From: a virus
Taxonomy: Duplodnaviria > Caudoviricetes
DNA: 64,000 nt
Virus record (IMG/VR): IMGVR_UViG_3300032216_001376
Location: 2,081 to 66,080 of that record
Reading direction: 5' to 3' (one strand)
Made by a program: the position numbers and the translations under genes. Below the pieces are notes generated by a model. The model saw only the letters and a list, made by a program, of their open reading frames with translations, was not told the DNA's origin and searched no databases. Positions 9,001 through 19,016 of this stretch are shown in pieces; within the stretch, counting starts at the first letter, position 1; each line of letters begins with the position of its first letter.

Positions 9001-12000
9001 TTGTTTTCCAAGGTTGCAATACGGGCTTTAAGGTCTTGTATTTCTTTTATCATCATAGGCACAAGTTTAGAGTAGTCGACCCCCATCATTTCTTCAGGGT
9101 CTTGTGGTTGGCTTACTGCGTATGGTGCTACTTCTAATAACTCTTGTGCAACCATACCGTATTCTTGATGTGAACCGTCTGCCTTCCAATCAAATGAACG
9201 AACCTTAATGTCGTTAATGTTACCCGATGGTGCGTCAACAATGTTTTCTTTTAGACGTTGGTCGGATGATGTGTTATAAAGAACGGCAGTTGTTCCTGAT
9301 TGGGTGATAGAACCAATTGTTGATGTACCGTTATAGTTAAATGCTAAATAGAATGTTCCTGATGATGTTCCTGTAACGTGACCAATATAAGCTCTTGAAG
9401 CTCCTGAACTAACATAAAACTCAAAACCACCCGTATTAGTACCAGTATTATCTGTAGTACCCACCAACAAATTACCACTTGAATCAAGACGTAATCTTTC
9501 AGCATAAGCCGAACCATTATATCCTTGGATAACAAATGAACCTGCACCACCTGATTCTTGAACATAGCCAACAAAATTTTCATTACTACCACCACAACTA
9601 AATTCTATGCCGTTAGCTGCACTAGTTGCATTTCCACCCGATATTAAAATTCGTGCCGTTGTTGAATTAGCTGCTGTTGCTGAATAAGCGGTTGTTAAAG
9701 TTGAGCCAAGCGATAAAGTATTAATAGATGCCGAGCCCGAAGAAACTTGTAACTGTGCTGATGGACTAACCGTCCCTAAACCCATATACCCACTATTATT
9801 CACAACAACTCTAGGATTCCCATCACCATCAGATAAGACAATGTAGTTACTAGATGTACGGATGTCTAAGCCACCGTAGTTTCCGTTGTAATTACCTAAA
9901 ATTGTGTTTTTAGCACCGCTTGTTACTTGATAGCCAGCACCATTACCAATAAAAGTATTATTAGAAGAAGTGGTAAGTTGACCTGAGTAATAACCATAAA
10001 AAGCATTATTAGAACCAGTTGAATTACTAAACCCTGATTGCCAACCTACTGCGGTATTTTGAGTACCTGTAGTATTTGTATAAAGAGATTGATAGCCTAC
10101 TGCTGTATTGTTTGATGCTGTTGTGTTTAATCTTAGTGCTTCACGACCAACGGCTGTATTGTAACTACCCGTTGAGTTTGTATAAAGAGATACTGCACCA
10201 ATACCTACGTTAAACTGACCTGTGGTAGTTCCGTATAAAGCTGCGTAACCAAAAGAATCATTAGTTCCACCTGTTGTATTAGAATATCCTGCCTGATAGC
10301 CCACAGCAGTATTGTAGTCAGCCGTAGTATTTGAAACTAATGCCGTGTATCCAAGAGCTGTATTACCGACACCCGTAGTATTTGCAGTAAGTGCTGAAAC
10401 TCCTGATGCTACATTATAACTTCCTGTAGTATTCGCATATAAACTTGCTCTACCAACAGAAGTATTTTGTTGACCTGTTGAGTTTGTATATAAAGCAAGT
10501 TGACCAATAGCGGTGTTGTACGCACCTGTTGTATTAGAATATCCTGCCTGATAACCAACCGCAGTATTAAAAGATGCTGTGGTGTTTGAGCGTAATGACT
10601 GGAAACCTAAAGAAGTATTGCTACCTCCTGAAGTCATAGCATAACTAGAAAAATATCCTACGGCAGTATTACTTCCACCACTACCTGTATATAAAGCTCC
10701 ACCACCAATTCCCACATTATAGTTAGAAGCCCCTATATTAAACCCTGTGTATGAACCAACAAAAGTATTGTCAAGTCCTGTACTCATGGAATAACCAGCA
10801 CTAAACCCAACAAATACGCTAGGATAAGATTCAGATGCAGTATTAAAACTATACCCAGCTCTATAACCCAAAGCAGTAATGCCTGTACCTGTAGTGTTAC
10901 TAACTCCAGCTTGATAACCCATTACTGTGTTGTTTGTTCCTGTAGTGTTTGCGTATGACGCTTGATAACCTACTGCTACGTTGCTAGAAGCCGTATTAAA
11001 TTGTAATGCACTAGTTCCAATTGCTGTATTGTAAGAACCTGTAATGTTTGTATATAAAGCTCCATAACCCGTGGCAGTATTACTTGAGCCTGTGGTGTTT
11101 GCAGTCAATGTTGAAGAACCTACAGAAACATTATATGCACCGCTTGTATTTACATTAAGAGCTAATCTTCCTATAGCAACTTGGTCTGTGCCAGTATTAG
11201 AACCACTTGCTAAAGCACTTAAACCAACTGCCGTATTCGTACTTACACTACCACCACCCAATCCCACCGTAAGACCTTGAATTGTTGCTCCGGGCGTAAC
11301 GGATAAAACTGTATCTGAAAGACGCATATACTCGTTACCAATACCACCAACACTATCAGAAAGGTAAAATGATATTTGACCACGAGTAGATGAGTTTATA
11401 CCCCATGCACCAAGCAAACTTGTTCCTGAACCTTGATACGCTAAAACTGCACCTGTAGTGTTAGAGGCTATTGCACCTGTTGCACGAATAGCACCACTAA
11501 CTTGAAGTTTTTCACCCGGACTACTTGTACCTATACCTACGTTACCACTTGTGTCAATGCGGGCTTTTTCAGAGCCGTTTGTATAAAACGCTTGATAGTT
11601 AGATGTGTTGTTATAGTAAACACCTACCCCAGTTGCACCTGTGTTTGTAAACCAACCTAATCCTGCTGAATCGGAATATCCATACAATGAAACAGTACCG
11701 TTAGTGAATTTACTTATATCGCCCGAACCTTGTACCGTTAATCTGTTTGTAATGCTTGTTGTACCTATACCTAAACTACCGCCAGATGTAAGACGCATTA
11801 ACTCTGAACCACCAACTACTCCCCAACCAAAAGCATCGGCATTTACAACACGACCATAATAAATATCTGATGTAACAGCACCAGCAAAACGAATAAATGC
11901 ACCCGTTGTACTAGGTGTTCCAATATTTAAATATAATCCGTAATTTGTAGTTCCTGAATTTGATGACCCTGAAGTCATTGAAACAACTGTTTGTGGTGCT

Positions 12001-12623
12001 GTTAATGTTGTACCATTAAATGTTAATGAACTACTACTTCCAAAAGCACTCGTACCATTACCATAAGGTATATACCCTGCTGTGAGGGTTGTGAGTCCTG
12101 TACCACCGTTGGCTACGCCTAGTGTGCCCGCCAATGTAATTGCACCGCTTGTTGCTGTGTTTGGTGTTAAGCCTGATAGGGATGTTTGAAATGTAGTAAC
12201 AGCAACGCCTGATAGTGTTGCCCATTGTGGGGCTGTGCCCGTTGATCTAAGAATCTGTCCACTAGTACCAATACCCAACTTAGATAGCGCGGTTCCAGAT
12301 GCGTAGTAGGGTATGTCGCCCGCTGTGTAGCTCGCTAACCCAGTACCCCCGTTGCTAGTAATTAATGTACCACCAACCGTAACAGCACCCGTTGTAGCCG
12401 TACTTGGCGTTAAGCCGGTTGATCCAAAACTAATAGACGAGACGTTGACGTTGCCAGCCTTTGAGGCAATGATCTGCACCACGCCAGAGTTGTCCTTGTA
12501 AAACAACTTGCCGTCTGTAATGTTAATCGCCAACTCGCCGTTGACAAGGTTGCTCGCCAACGGAACGTTAGTCGCTGTTATGCTGGTGTACAAGGAGATA
12601 GGTGTGTAGCCACTTTGTGACAT
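8997..12623 (-). CDS. Tail fibre / receptor-binding protein with C-terminal intramolecular chaperone (peptidase S74-like), 1208 aa
   Basis: N-terminal GELAINITDGKLFYKD anchor; about 14-residue NTA(V/I)GYQAxxSNTTG beta-roll repeats; SDQRLKENI...GMVAQEL...VDYSKLVP chaperone. Confidence 0.9.
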   Translation of the reverse strand: MSQSGYTPISLYTSITATNVPLASNLVNGELAINITDGKLFYKDNSGVVQIIASKAGNVNVSSISFGSTGLTPSTATTGAVTVGGTLITSNGGTGLASYTAGDIPYYASGTALSKLGIGTSGQILRSTGTAPQWATLSGVAVTTFQTSLSGLTPNTATSGAITLAGTLGVANGGTGLTTLTAGYIPYGNGTSAFGSSSSLTFNGTTLTAPQTVVSMTSGSSNSGTTNYGLYLNIGTPSTTGAFIRFAGAVTSDIYYGRVVNADAFGWGVVGGSELMRLTSGGSLGIGTTSITNRLTVQGSGDISKFTNGTVSLYGYSDSAGLGWFTNTGATGVGVYYNNTSNYQAFYTNGSEKARIDTSGNVGIGTSSPGEKLQVSGAIRATGAIASNTTGAVLAYQGSGTSLLGAWGINSSTRGQISFYLSDSVGGIGNEYMRLSDTVLSVTPGATIQGLTVGLGGGSVSTNTAVGLSALASGSNTGTDQVAIGRLALNVNTSGAYNVSVGSSTLTANTTGSSNTATGYGALYTNITGSYNTAIGTSALQFNTASSNVAVGYQASYANTTGTNNTVMGYQAGVSNTTGTGITALGYRAGYSFNTASESYPSVFVGFSAGYSMSTGLDNTFVGSYTGFNIGASNYNVGIGGGALYTGSGGSNTAVGYFSSYAMTSGGSNTSLGFQSLRSNTTASFNTAVGYQAGYSNTTGAYNTAIGQLALYTNSTGQQNTSVGRASLYANTTGSYNVASGVSALTANTTGVGNTALGYTALVSNTTADYNTAVGYQAGYSNTTGGTNDSFGYAALYGTTTGQFNVGIGAVSLYTNSTGSYNTAVGREALRLNTTASNNTAVGYQSLYTNTTGTQNTAVGWQSGFSNSTGSNNAFYGYYSGQLTTSSNNTFIGNGAGYQVTSGAKNTILGNYNGNYGGLDIRTSSNYIVLSDGDGNPRVVVNNSGYMGLGTVSPSAQLQVSSGSASINTLSLGSTLTTAYSATAANSTTARILISGGNATSAANGIEFSCGGSNENFVGYVQESGGAGSFVIQGYNGSAYAERLRLDSSGNLLVGTTDNTGTNTGGFEFYVSSGASRAYIGHVTGTSSGTFYLAFNYNGTSTIGSITQSGTTAVLYNTSSDQRLKENIVDAPSGNINDIKVRSFDWKADGSHQEYGMVAQELLEVAPYAVSQPQDPEEMMGVDYSKLVPMMIKEIQDLKARIATLENK

Positions 12624-12629
12624 ATAGGA

Positions 12630-13067
12630 TTATTCCTTATTAATGTATTTTAAAATAATATGTGGCTCAACAAACCGTTCAGATTGGTGCTCTGCTGCCT
12701 CCCACCAAATAAACTGGTTTTCTACCAAATGAAATCGATCTTTTAATAAATTAGTATTCTCTGGGTGTCCAAATATTAGAGGATCAGACGGCCCCCACAG
12801 CACCACGCCGGGCTTGCCCTCATCCCACGCTAGGTGCTGAAAAAAACTATCAACCCCCACCCATGTGCGACACGCGCGAATTAACTCACGCAATTCACTA
12901 ATTGGCAAACCTTTACGAAAATCTTCTACTAGTTGTTCTTCACCCTCAACGCCAACTTGAACAATTGGCTCGTCAATCATGCTAATTAACTCTTTCCAAT
13001 AAGGGTAGTTCTTTGGGTTTAATTTACCCGTTCTTAACTTCTGTGCAAATGGTGCAATAATAATCAT
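12630..13067 (-). CDS. Glycosyltransferase family 9-like (heptosyltransferase C-terminal-like) protein, likely start MIIIAPF
   Basis: KNYPYW, WVGVDSFFQHLA...KPGVVLWGPSDP motif; ATGA overlap with the upstream gene. Confidence 0.7.
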   Translation of the reverse strand: MIIIAPFAQKLRTGKLNPKNYPYWKELISMIDEPIVQVGVEGEEQLVEDFRKGLPISELRELIRACRTWVGVDSFFQHLAWDEGKPGVVLWGPSDPLIFGHPENTNLLKDRFHLVENQFIWWEAAEHQSERFVEPHIILKYINKE

Positions 13068-14059
13068 AGGTACAACTTTCGAAATGCGTCTTCTAAACTG
13101 CCCTTCCACTTCCACTGATCCATTTTTTTGTAAATGCTCCAAGGGTCAATGTCACCAAATAACTCAATTGCCTTGGCTATAGATTGACCTTGTACAACTT
13201 CAGGATAGCACGTAAACACTTCAGCATTAGGTATTGAAGGCAAAACGTGACTAAATACAATATGGTCACCAAGACCACAGTTAAGAACCACAATAGTTTT
13301 GTCACGGTGCGCAAGGATGTTGTTAAATATTTGCTCATCATGCACGTACAACTCCTTGTTTTTCTCCATCCGTATACCACCGTTTTGTTCCTTTACATGC
13401 CACGTTATAGCACCAGGAACCGCTAGTATCTTGTAACCCTTACGAAACAAGTCATACGTAAACAATGTCTCTTCTCGGTGTGCTACTCGGGACAAGCCCA
13501 AATTATAGTCGCTGATACCAGCACGATATAAAAAACTACAATGTAAATGCTCAACTGTTCTTACCCTTTGAACCATACCCCACTGGATATTTGGCTCGTT
13601 GTTAATGTTATCTATCTTACCAGTAACCTTACTAGTGTCTGGCATGTAAGGCGGTGTTAGTATTGATCCACCCACCGCGCCAATTTTAAGGCTTTCTGTT
13701 TCGTCTACGTTTTTAGCGTAGTAAAATAATGTCTCCAACACGTCGGGCTCAGGTATTGCGTCATCGTCAACGCGCCACACCCAATCAAAACCCAGCTCAT
13801 TAGCACGTTGGTGGATGTGGTGTTGCCCCTTTTTATCGGTAAACTGCCACTCCCACGGTATGCCTTTAATTTCTAATATCTGGAAAAAATATGAGTAAAT
13901 CATTTCTTTCCGCATATCTTGTGGTTCATCGTTATCATCAAACACAATCAGTTTGTCTGGTTGTTTTGTCTGGTTGATGATAGCATTTAATACTAAAGGC
14001 AGTGTTGTAAAATACCTGCCACGTGTTGCCACAGAACACAACACTCTATCCATTTGCAC
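13064..14059 (-). CDS. Glycosyltransferase family 2
   Basis: VLCSVATRGR N-terminal strand; WRVDDDAIPEPD DxD motif; H...EET. Confidence 0.8.
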   Translation of the reverse strand: MQMDRVLCSVATRGRYFTTLPLVLNAIINQTKQPDKLIVFDDNDEPQDMRKEMIYSYFFQILEIKGIPWEWQFTDKKGQHHIHQRANELGFDWVWRVDDDAIPEPDVLETLFYYAKNVDETESLKIGAVGGSILTPPYMPDTSKVTGKIDNINNEPNIQWGMVQRVRTVEHLHCSFLYRAGISDYNLGLSRVAHREETLFTYDLFRKGYKILAVPGAITWHVKEQNGGIRMEKNKELYVHDEQIFNNILAHRDKTIVVLNCGLGDHIVFSHVLPSIPNAEVFTCYPEVVQGQSIAKAIELFGDIDPWSIYKKMDQWKWKGSLEDAFRKLYL

Positions 14060-15323
14060 TCCATTTACAAATCATTAGGTTGCAAGGGTTTGCCTGTGTA
14101 ATTGGCTCAGGCACTTCTGTAATGATTCCTTGCTCGTTGATATAGTTAAACTCAAAGCCAGGGAAGTGTCTTTCATTCAAGCCATGCAACTTATGATGTG
14201 GTCCCCAAAATCCTGGCGGCTCGTTCATTGGCACGGTGATCAACAACCTCTTGCAGTGCTTCTTTAACTTCTCGACTATCTCTAAGCCGTTGTCAAGGTG
14301 TTCAATCACCTCAAACGCCACGATGGTGTCGTAGTCACCTAATATAAACTGGTTGATGTCACCACTAACAAATAAGTTATTAAAGCCAGTCCAATTTTGC
14401 TCTTTAGCCACCTCAACAATAATTGGATCATAATCTAAACCAATATAGTTGATACGTTCTGAAAAAAACTGTCTGCCGTAACCAGAAGAACAACCAAGTT
14501 CAAATACTGACGTGCCCACCATGTTTCTTGCTGCCCAAGTGTATCTTGTCACCTCGCGCGAGAAGACTAAGTCGCCTTTAAGAAACACCGCACGCTCCCA
14601 ATAATTTGACAGCCTCCAGCGGTACCACTCCATGTTATATTTTTTTGCTAACTTTAATGAATTAAGCAAAAAGATATTATCCCAACCTTGCACTAAATTG
14701 GTGTCGTGCATGGTTCCTTCACCTTTATGGTAGATTGGAAATCCACCAGTGTACTGCTCACCATTCCAAAGCTTTTCAAACACCTCTATAACCTTAAATC
14801 CAGCCTTCTCAGCCTCGATACAGAACTCGGTGTCCTCACCCCCTCCAACGCCATATTCTTCGTTCAGAAGGCCTATTTTGTCGAATACCTTGCGGTGTAT
14901 CATTACACAGAAGAACACAGCAAAGAAGTGATTGGCTGGCTCTGAGTGACCCTTAATGATGCACGATATACCGCACTCTGGATCAGCAAACGGCTTGTCT
15001 AAAATATTCAGCCAATCGTTTTTAGCCTGACCTAACAGCACCGTATCATTGTTCAACAATACAATCTTGTCACACGTTGCCTCTTTAATTGCTACGTTGT
15101 TAGCACCAGAGTAACCTAGTGCCTTGTCGTTCCAAATCACCTTGATGTTTGGTATAGCAGTTATTAAGTAGTGTAAATAAGCACTTGTGTTGTCTGTACA
15201 ACCGTTGGCAGATATAATTAATTCCACATCTTCCACGTTGGTATGCTGTATAATAGAGTCGATACACGGCTTTAAATACTTTTCACAGTTGTTATACGTT
15301 GGTATAACGATGCTATATTTCAT
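14046..15323 (-). CDS. GT2 glycosyltransferase fused to a class I SAM-dependent methyltransferase
   Basis: YSIVIPTYN, LLNNDT, GGEDTEFC in the GT2 part; FELGCSSGYG and D.IVAFEVIEHL in the methyltransferase part. Confidence 0.85.
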   Translation of the reverse strand: MKYSIVIPTYNNCEKYLKPCIDSIIQHTNVEDVELIISANGCTDNTSAYLHYLITAIPNIKVIWNDKALGYSGANNVAIKEATCDKIVLLNNDTVLLGQAKNDWLNILDKPFADPECGISCIIKGHSEPANHFFAVFFCVMIHRKVFDKIGLLNEEYGVGGGEDTEFCIEAEKAGFKVIEVFEKLWNGEQYTGGFPIYHKGEGTMHDTNLVQGWDNIFLLNSLKLAKKYNMEWYRWRLSNYWERAVFLKGDLVFSREVTRYTWAARNMVGTSVFELGCSSGYGRQFFSERINYIGLDYDPIIVEVAKEQNWTGFNNLFVSGDINQFILGDYDTIVAFEVIEHLDNGLEIVEKLKKHCKRLLITVPMNEPPGFWGPHHKLHGLNERHFPGFEFNYINEQGIITEVPEPITQANPCNLMICKWSANG

Positions 15324-15352
15324 GTTGTCCTTAAAGTTTTTTCAAACTTTTA

Positions 15353-15517
15353 TTATACCAGACTTTGTATCTTTTGTAAGGTTGAAGTAACCGTCAGTAT
15401 ATCAATATCCATTTGAGCCAATACGTCCATTTGACCATTGGCAACAGCGGCAGACCTTGCGTTCTGCAATACTGTTAGCCTGTTCTGTAATACCGTAATT
15501 ACTTCGTCTATAGTCAT
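15353..15517 (-). CDS. Small helical hypothetical protein (54 aa, MTIDEVITVLQNRL...)
   Basis: Manually translated; fills the gap between neighbouring genes on the same strand. Confidence 0.6.
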   Translation of the reverse strand: MTIDEVITVLQNRLTVLQNARSAAVANGQMDVLAQMDIDILTVTSTLQKIQSLV

Positions 15518-15521
15518 AATA

Positions 15522-16163
15522 TTAAATAGTTACTGAAACTTCTTCCCACATCATTCCAAATGCTAATGATGATGCAACAGATGCAGCAGATGTATAAATA
15601 GCAGCGTAACCACCAGGAGGAATGACTACAGAGCCTTCCATATCAGTTACAGAACCATTTAACAATGTTTGAGTAATTGCACCTGTTGTCAATGTACCTA
15701 AAAGAATTAAACGAGTAGGAGCAACAGGTAAAGTTGCTGATGAGTCAATTAATCCTGTACCTGCTGGTTGACCAACAAAGTTAGACAAAGGAACTAATGG
15801 TGTTGTATGTGTTACGTTAACTGATGCTGAATAACCAGTCATAATACCCATGACTAACGCAGCAGTTTGAGCCACTACAGGAGCATAAGTTACTTTAGTC
15901 AATACTAAGTTAACTGTAGAACCAATAGGATTAGATAAACACATACCTGTATAAGTTGTTGCAAACGCTGCAGTTGTTGTTACACCTGTTAAGTTTGCAC
16001 CTGAAAACATAGCTTTACGCACAGTAGTTTCATAATAACGACCATGAAGTTCGTCAACAATAAGTTCTGATGTAGAACCGATTCTTAATGCTAAGTTCGT
16101 TGGGTTAGTACCAACAGCTTGTGCTGCTGATCCACCGACTGTTCCGTTGATTGGTAATGCCAT
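15522..16163 (-). CDS. Virion structural protein (213 aa)
   Basis: Beta-rich, A/T/G-rich; in the structural operon with an RBS (GGAG). Confidence 0.6.
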   Translation of the reverse strand: MALPINGTVGGSAAQAVGTNPTNLALRIGSTSELIVDELHGRYYETTVRKAMFSGANLTGVTTTAAFATTYTGMCLSNPIGSTVNLVLTKVTYAPVVAQTAALVMGIMTGYSASVNVTHTTPLVPLSNFVGQPAGTGLIDSSATLPVAPTRLILLGTLTTGAITQTLLNGSVTDMEGSVVIPPGGYAAIYTSAASVASSLAFGMMWEEVSVTI

Positions 16164-16172
16164 AATTTCTCC

Positions 16173-17120
16173 TTAAATAAATGCGTAGTTAACTACAAGT
16201 GAAGGCGATGTAAGTGCTGTAGCATCACCTGAAGTAATAAGACCTGATACTGTAAAAGCGATACCTGCTGATAAATACAATCCACCGTCAGGTAAACTCA
16301 CGTTAACAGTTGCACCAATACTTGCAGGTATTACATAGGTTTGCACAGATGCTGTGGATGTTGTAGCTGTACCGTTGTTCTGTAAGTGCAAAAACGCAAT
16401 GTTTGCAGAATTATTCTGCATATTTAGCATTGTTATACGACCAGCAGTAGCTTTTACTTGAACCACTGCTGCAGCCGTTGCAGTAATAATACTCTGCCCA
16501 ATCGTTTGGTTGTTTGTCGCTGCTAATGCTAAAGGCGATACGTATAATGGGTTAGTCGATGATTGAGCAGCTGCACCGATGTTAACTATTGACATACCTA
16601 ATTGTGCAGCCGATGCTGATACTGCCGAGCCACCAATCGCTGCTACGTTATTACCCATAAATGGCACAGTTCTTAAATTGTAAGAAAATGCACCAACTGT
16701 TGTAGAAGTTACTTTAATGTATCTACCTTGACATGGAAAAATATAATTTGTGTTGACTGCTGCTAAAGTTGTAACCCATGCACCTGCGTTGTTAATACCA
16801 CCAATTGCAGAATAAGTAATGTTATCGTTTGAACCCAATACAGTACCAATAAATGCTTGAGTCGTAAATTCAATGCTGTTATAGCCTAATGTATCAATTG
16901 TAAACGCTTGACCAATAGTAGATGCTACAAGTTTAATAACCTGTGGCGAATCACTAAGAATTAAGTTACCGTTAATATCTCTTGTAGGCTGATTAATTAC
17001 CTGAGTAGATAAAGCAAGATCACCACGAACTACGTTATCTAATAATGGTACAGAATCAAAATCACCACCGACTTGACCAACTAATGTTGCAGATTGAGGA
17101 GCATTTCCAATATATGACAT
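16173..17120 (-). CDS. Virion structural protein (315 aa)
   Basis: MSYIGNAP N-terminus; jelly-roll-like C-terminal domain (G...SAGIAF.V). Confidence 0.6.
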   Translation of the reverse strand: MSYIGNAPQSATLVGQVGGDFDSVPLLDNVVRGDLALSTQVINQPTRDINGNLILSDSPQVIKLVASTIGQAFTIDTLGYNSIEFTTQAFIGTVLGSNDNITYSAIGGINNAGAWVTTLAAVNTNYIFPCQGRYIKVTSTTVGAFSYNLRTVPFMGNNVAAIGGSAVSASAAQLGMSIVNIGAAAQSSTNPLYVSPLALAATNNQTIGQSIITATAAAVVQVKATAGRITMLNMQNNSANIAFLHLQNNGTATTSTASVQTYVIPASIGATVNVSLPDGGLYLSAGIAFTVSGLITSGDATALTSPSLVVNYAFI

Positions 17121-17452
17121 TAGCTGACCTCCACCGCAGACACAGTTACATCAACAGCACCACTTGAAACTACTTTAACTGCGTAATTTTGTGGCACAAC
17201 TATTTTTGCTGATTGCACTACATCTAATGCTGTTCCATTGGGAATTACTACGTTATTAACTATATTTGTCGTTACAGTCGCACCTGAATTGACTAAAGTT
17301 ACAGATGCAGTTACTGAAGAAGAAGTTGTATTTGCAATCAATAATCCAATTAAAGTGGATTGAACTCCAGATGTAACAGGATTATAGACTGTTGTATTTG
17401 TCGTAACTGATGCTGATTGTGCAGAAACGTAATTTATGGGCATATTAAGCAA
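17120..17452 (-). CDS. Small virion structural protein (110 aa)
   Basis: STLIGLLIANTT...IVNNVVIP.G.AL...KIVV..VDVTVS.VE pattern common in tail-associated beta proteins. Confidence 0.6.
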   Translation of the reverse strand: MLNMPINYVSAQSASVTTNTTVYNPVTSGVQSTLIGLLIANTTSSSVTASVTLVNSGATVTTNIVNNVVIPNGTALDVVQSAKIVVPQNYAVKVVSSGAVDVTVSAVEVS

Positions 17453-19007
17453 TCATAGAAAGTGCTAATGCTATTTTAGCACTAGACGTTGCAGAATTAG
17501 ATGTTCCAAAAGGTATATTAACATCATTTCCTGTGTAGGTGAAGTTGGCGTTGCCAGCTAAACTTCCACTATTGTTGTATTGAACCTGTGTGTTTAATCC
17601 ACCAGCTGAGGCAACCCCGTTTTGACCGCTATACCCAGAGATACCGCTGTAGCCAGATAAACCTAAGCCAGAGTAGCCTGAAAAACCAGACACACCAGAT
17701 CCACTATAGCCAGATATGCCAGAGCCACTGTAGCCTGATACACCACTGTACCCAGACACACCGCTTCCAGAGTATCCACTGTAGCCAGATAAACCTAAGC
17801 CAGAGTAGCCTGAAAAACCAGATACACCAGATCCACTGTAGCCAGATATGCCAGAGCCACTGTAGCCCGAGATACCACTGTACCCAGACACACCGCTTCC
17901 AGAGTATCCACTGTAGCCAGATAAACCTAAGCCAGAATAGCCTGAAAAACCAGATACACCAGATCCACTGTAGCCAGATATGCCAGAGCCACTGTAGCCC
18001 GAGATACCACTATAGCCTGATACACCACTGTACCCTGATACACCGCTTCCAGAGTACCCACTATAGCCAGATAGACCCGCGCCGGAGTACCCACTATAGC
18101 CAGAAACACCAGATCCACTATAGCCAGAAACACCAGAGCCACTGTAGCCAGACTGACCACTATAGCCAGACAGACCCGCGCCAGAGTACCCGCTATAGCC
18201 AGACAAGCCAACACCAGAGTACCCACTGAACCCAGATTGACCAGATCCACTGTAACCCGATATACCCAAGCCACTGTAGCCTGACACACCACTGTACCCA
18301 GACACACCACTATACCCAGATACGCCACTGTAACCCGACAAACCAGCGCCAGAGTAACCACTGAATCCAGACTGACCAGAACCACTGTAGCCAGACTGAC
18401 CGCTGTATCCCGACACACCGCTGTAGCCAGACACGCCACTAAACCCAGACACGCCACTGTAGCCAGATAAACCCAAGCCAGAGTACCCCGAGAAACCAGA
18501 TACACCCGAACCACTGTAGCCAGAGATTCCAGATCCGCTGTATCCAGACGTGCCACTGAACCCAGACACACCGCTGTAGCCAGAGATACCACTGTAGCCC
18601 GATAACCCTAAACCAGAGTAGCCAGATCTGCCGCTGTAACCCGACACGCCCGAACCACTATAGCCAGAGATTCCACTGAATCCAGAAAACCCACTATAAC
18701 CAGACTGCCCACTGTATCCTGATACACCACTGTAGCCAGAGATACCACTATAACCACTAAAGCCACTGAAGCCTGACGAGCCAGAAACAGGACCTACTGT
18801 AGAAGTTGTGCCGTCACTATAATAAAATATTAAGAAACCATTGACTGGATTGTAACCAACGTTGGTAATCAATTTACCAGGCGACGCAGCATTAGCAAGT
18901 TGCGATACCGACGCTTGCTTAGTTACTCCACCTTGTACAACTACCGTTTGCTCTTCACCCGTTAGGTTATATGCAATCGGTAGTTGGGTTATCGATCTAT
19001 CTGCCAT
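17445..19007 (-). CDS. Ser-Gly-Tyr repeat fibre-like protein (520 aa)
   Basis: ITQLP anchor-like N-terminus; about 380 aa of SGYSG/SGFSG repeats; GGLNTQVQYNNSG.LAG C-terminus. Confidence 0.8.
   Translation of the reverse strand: MADRSITQLPIAYNLTGEEQTVVVQGGVTKQASVSQLANAASPGKLITNVGYNPVNGFLIFYYSDGTTSTVGPVSGSSGFSGFSGYSGISGYSGVSGYSGQSGYSGFSGFSGISGYSGSGVSGYSGRSGYSGLGLSGYSGISGYSGVSGFSGTSGYSGSGISGYSGSGVSGFSGYSGLGLSGYSGVSGFSGVSGYSGVSGYSGQSGYSGSGQSGFSGYSGAGLSGYSGVSGYSGVSGYSGVSGYSGLGISGYSGSGQSGFSGYSGVGLSGYSGYSGAGLSGYSGQSGYSGSGVSGYSGSGVSGYSGYSGAGLSGYSGYSGSGVSGYSGVSGYSGISGYSGSGISGYSGSGVSGFSGYSGLGLSGYSGYSGSGVSGYSGISGYSGSGISGYSGSGVSGFSGYSGLGLSGYSGYSGSGVSGYSGVSGYSGSGISGYSGSGVSGFSGYSGLGLSGYSGISGYSGQNGVASAGGLNTQVQYNNSGSLAGNANFTYTGNDVNIPFGTSNSATSSAKIALALSMIA
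17620..18780 (-). repeat. Coding tandem repeat array (SGYSG-type units), including three near-identical 132-bp blocks at about 17647-18042
   Basis: CTGTAGCCAGATAAACCTAAGCCAGA recurs at 17647, 17779 and 17911. Confidence 0.9.
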
Positions 19008-19016
19008 TTATTATTC

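Noticed and set aside
8997-12623. Diversity-generating retroelement targeting the tail fibre
   Set aside because: No reverse transcriptase and no TR/VR repeat pair differing at adenines were found in the window.
17445-19007. Collagen-like protein
   Set aside because: The Gly-X-Y register is repeatedly broken by SG doublets, and Pro is absent from the repeats.
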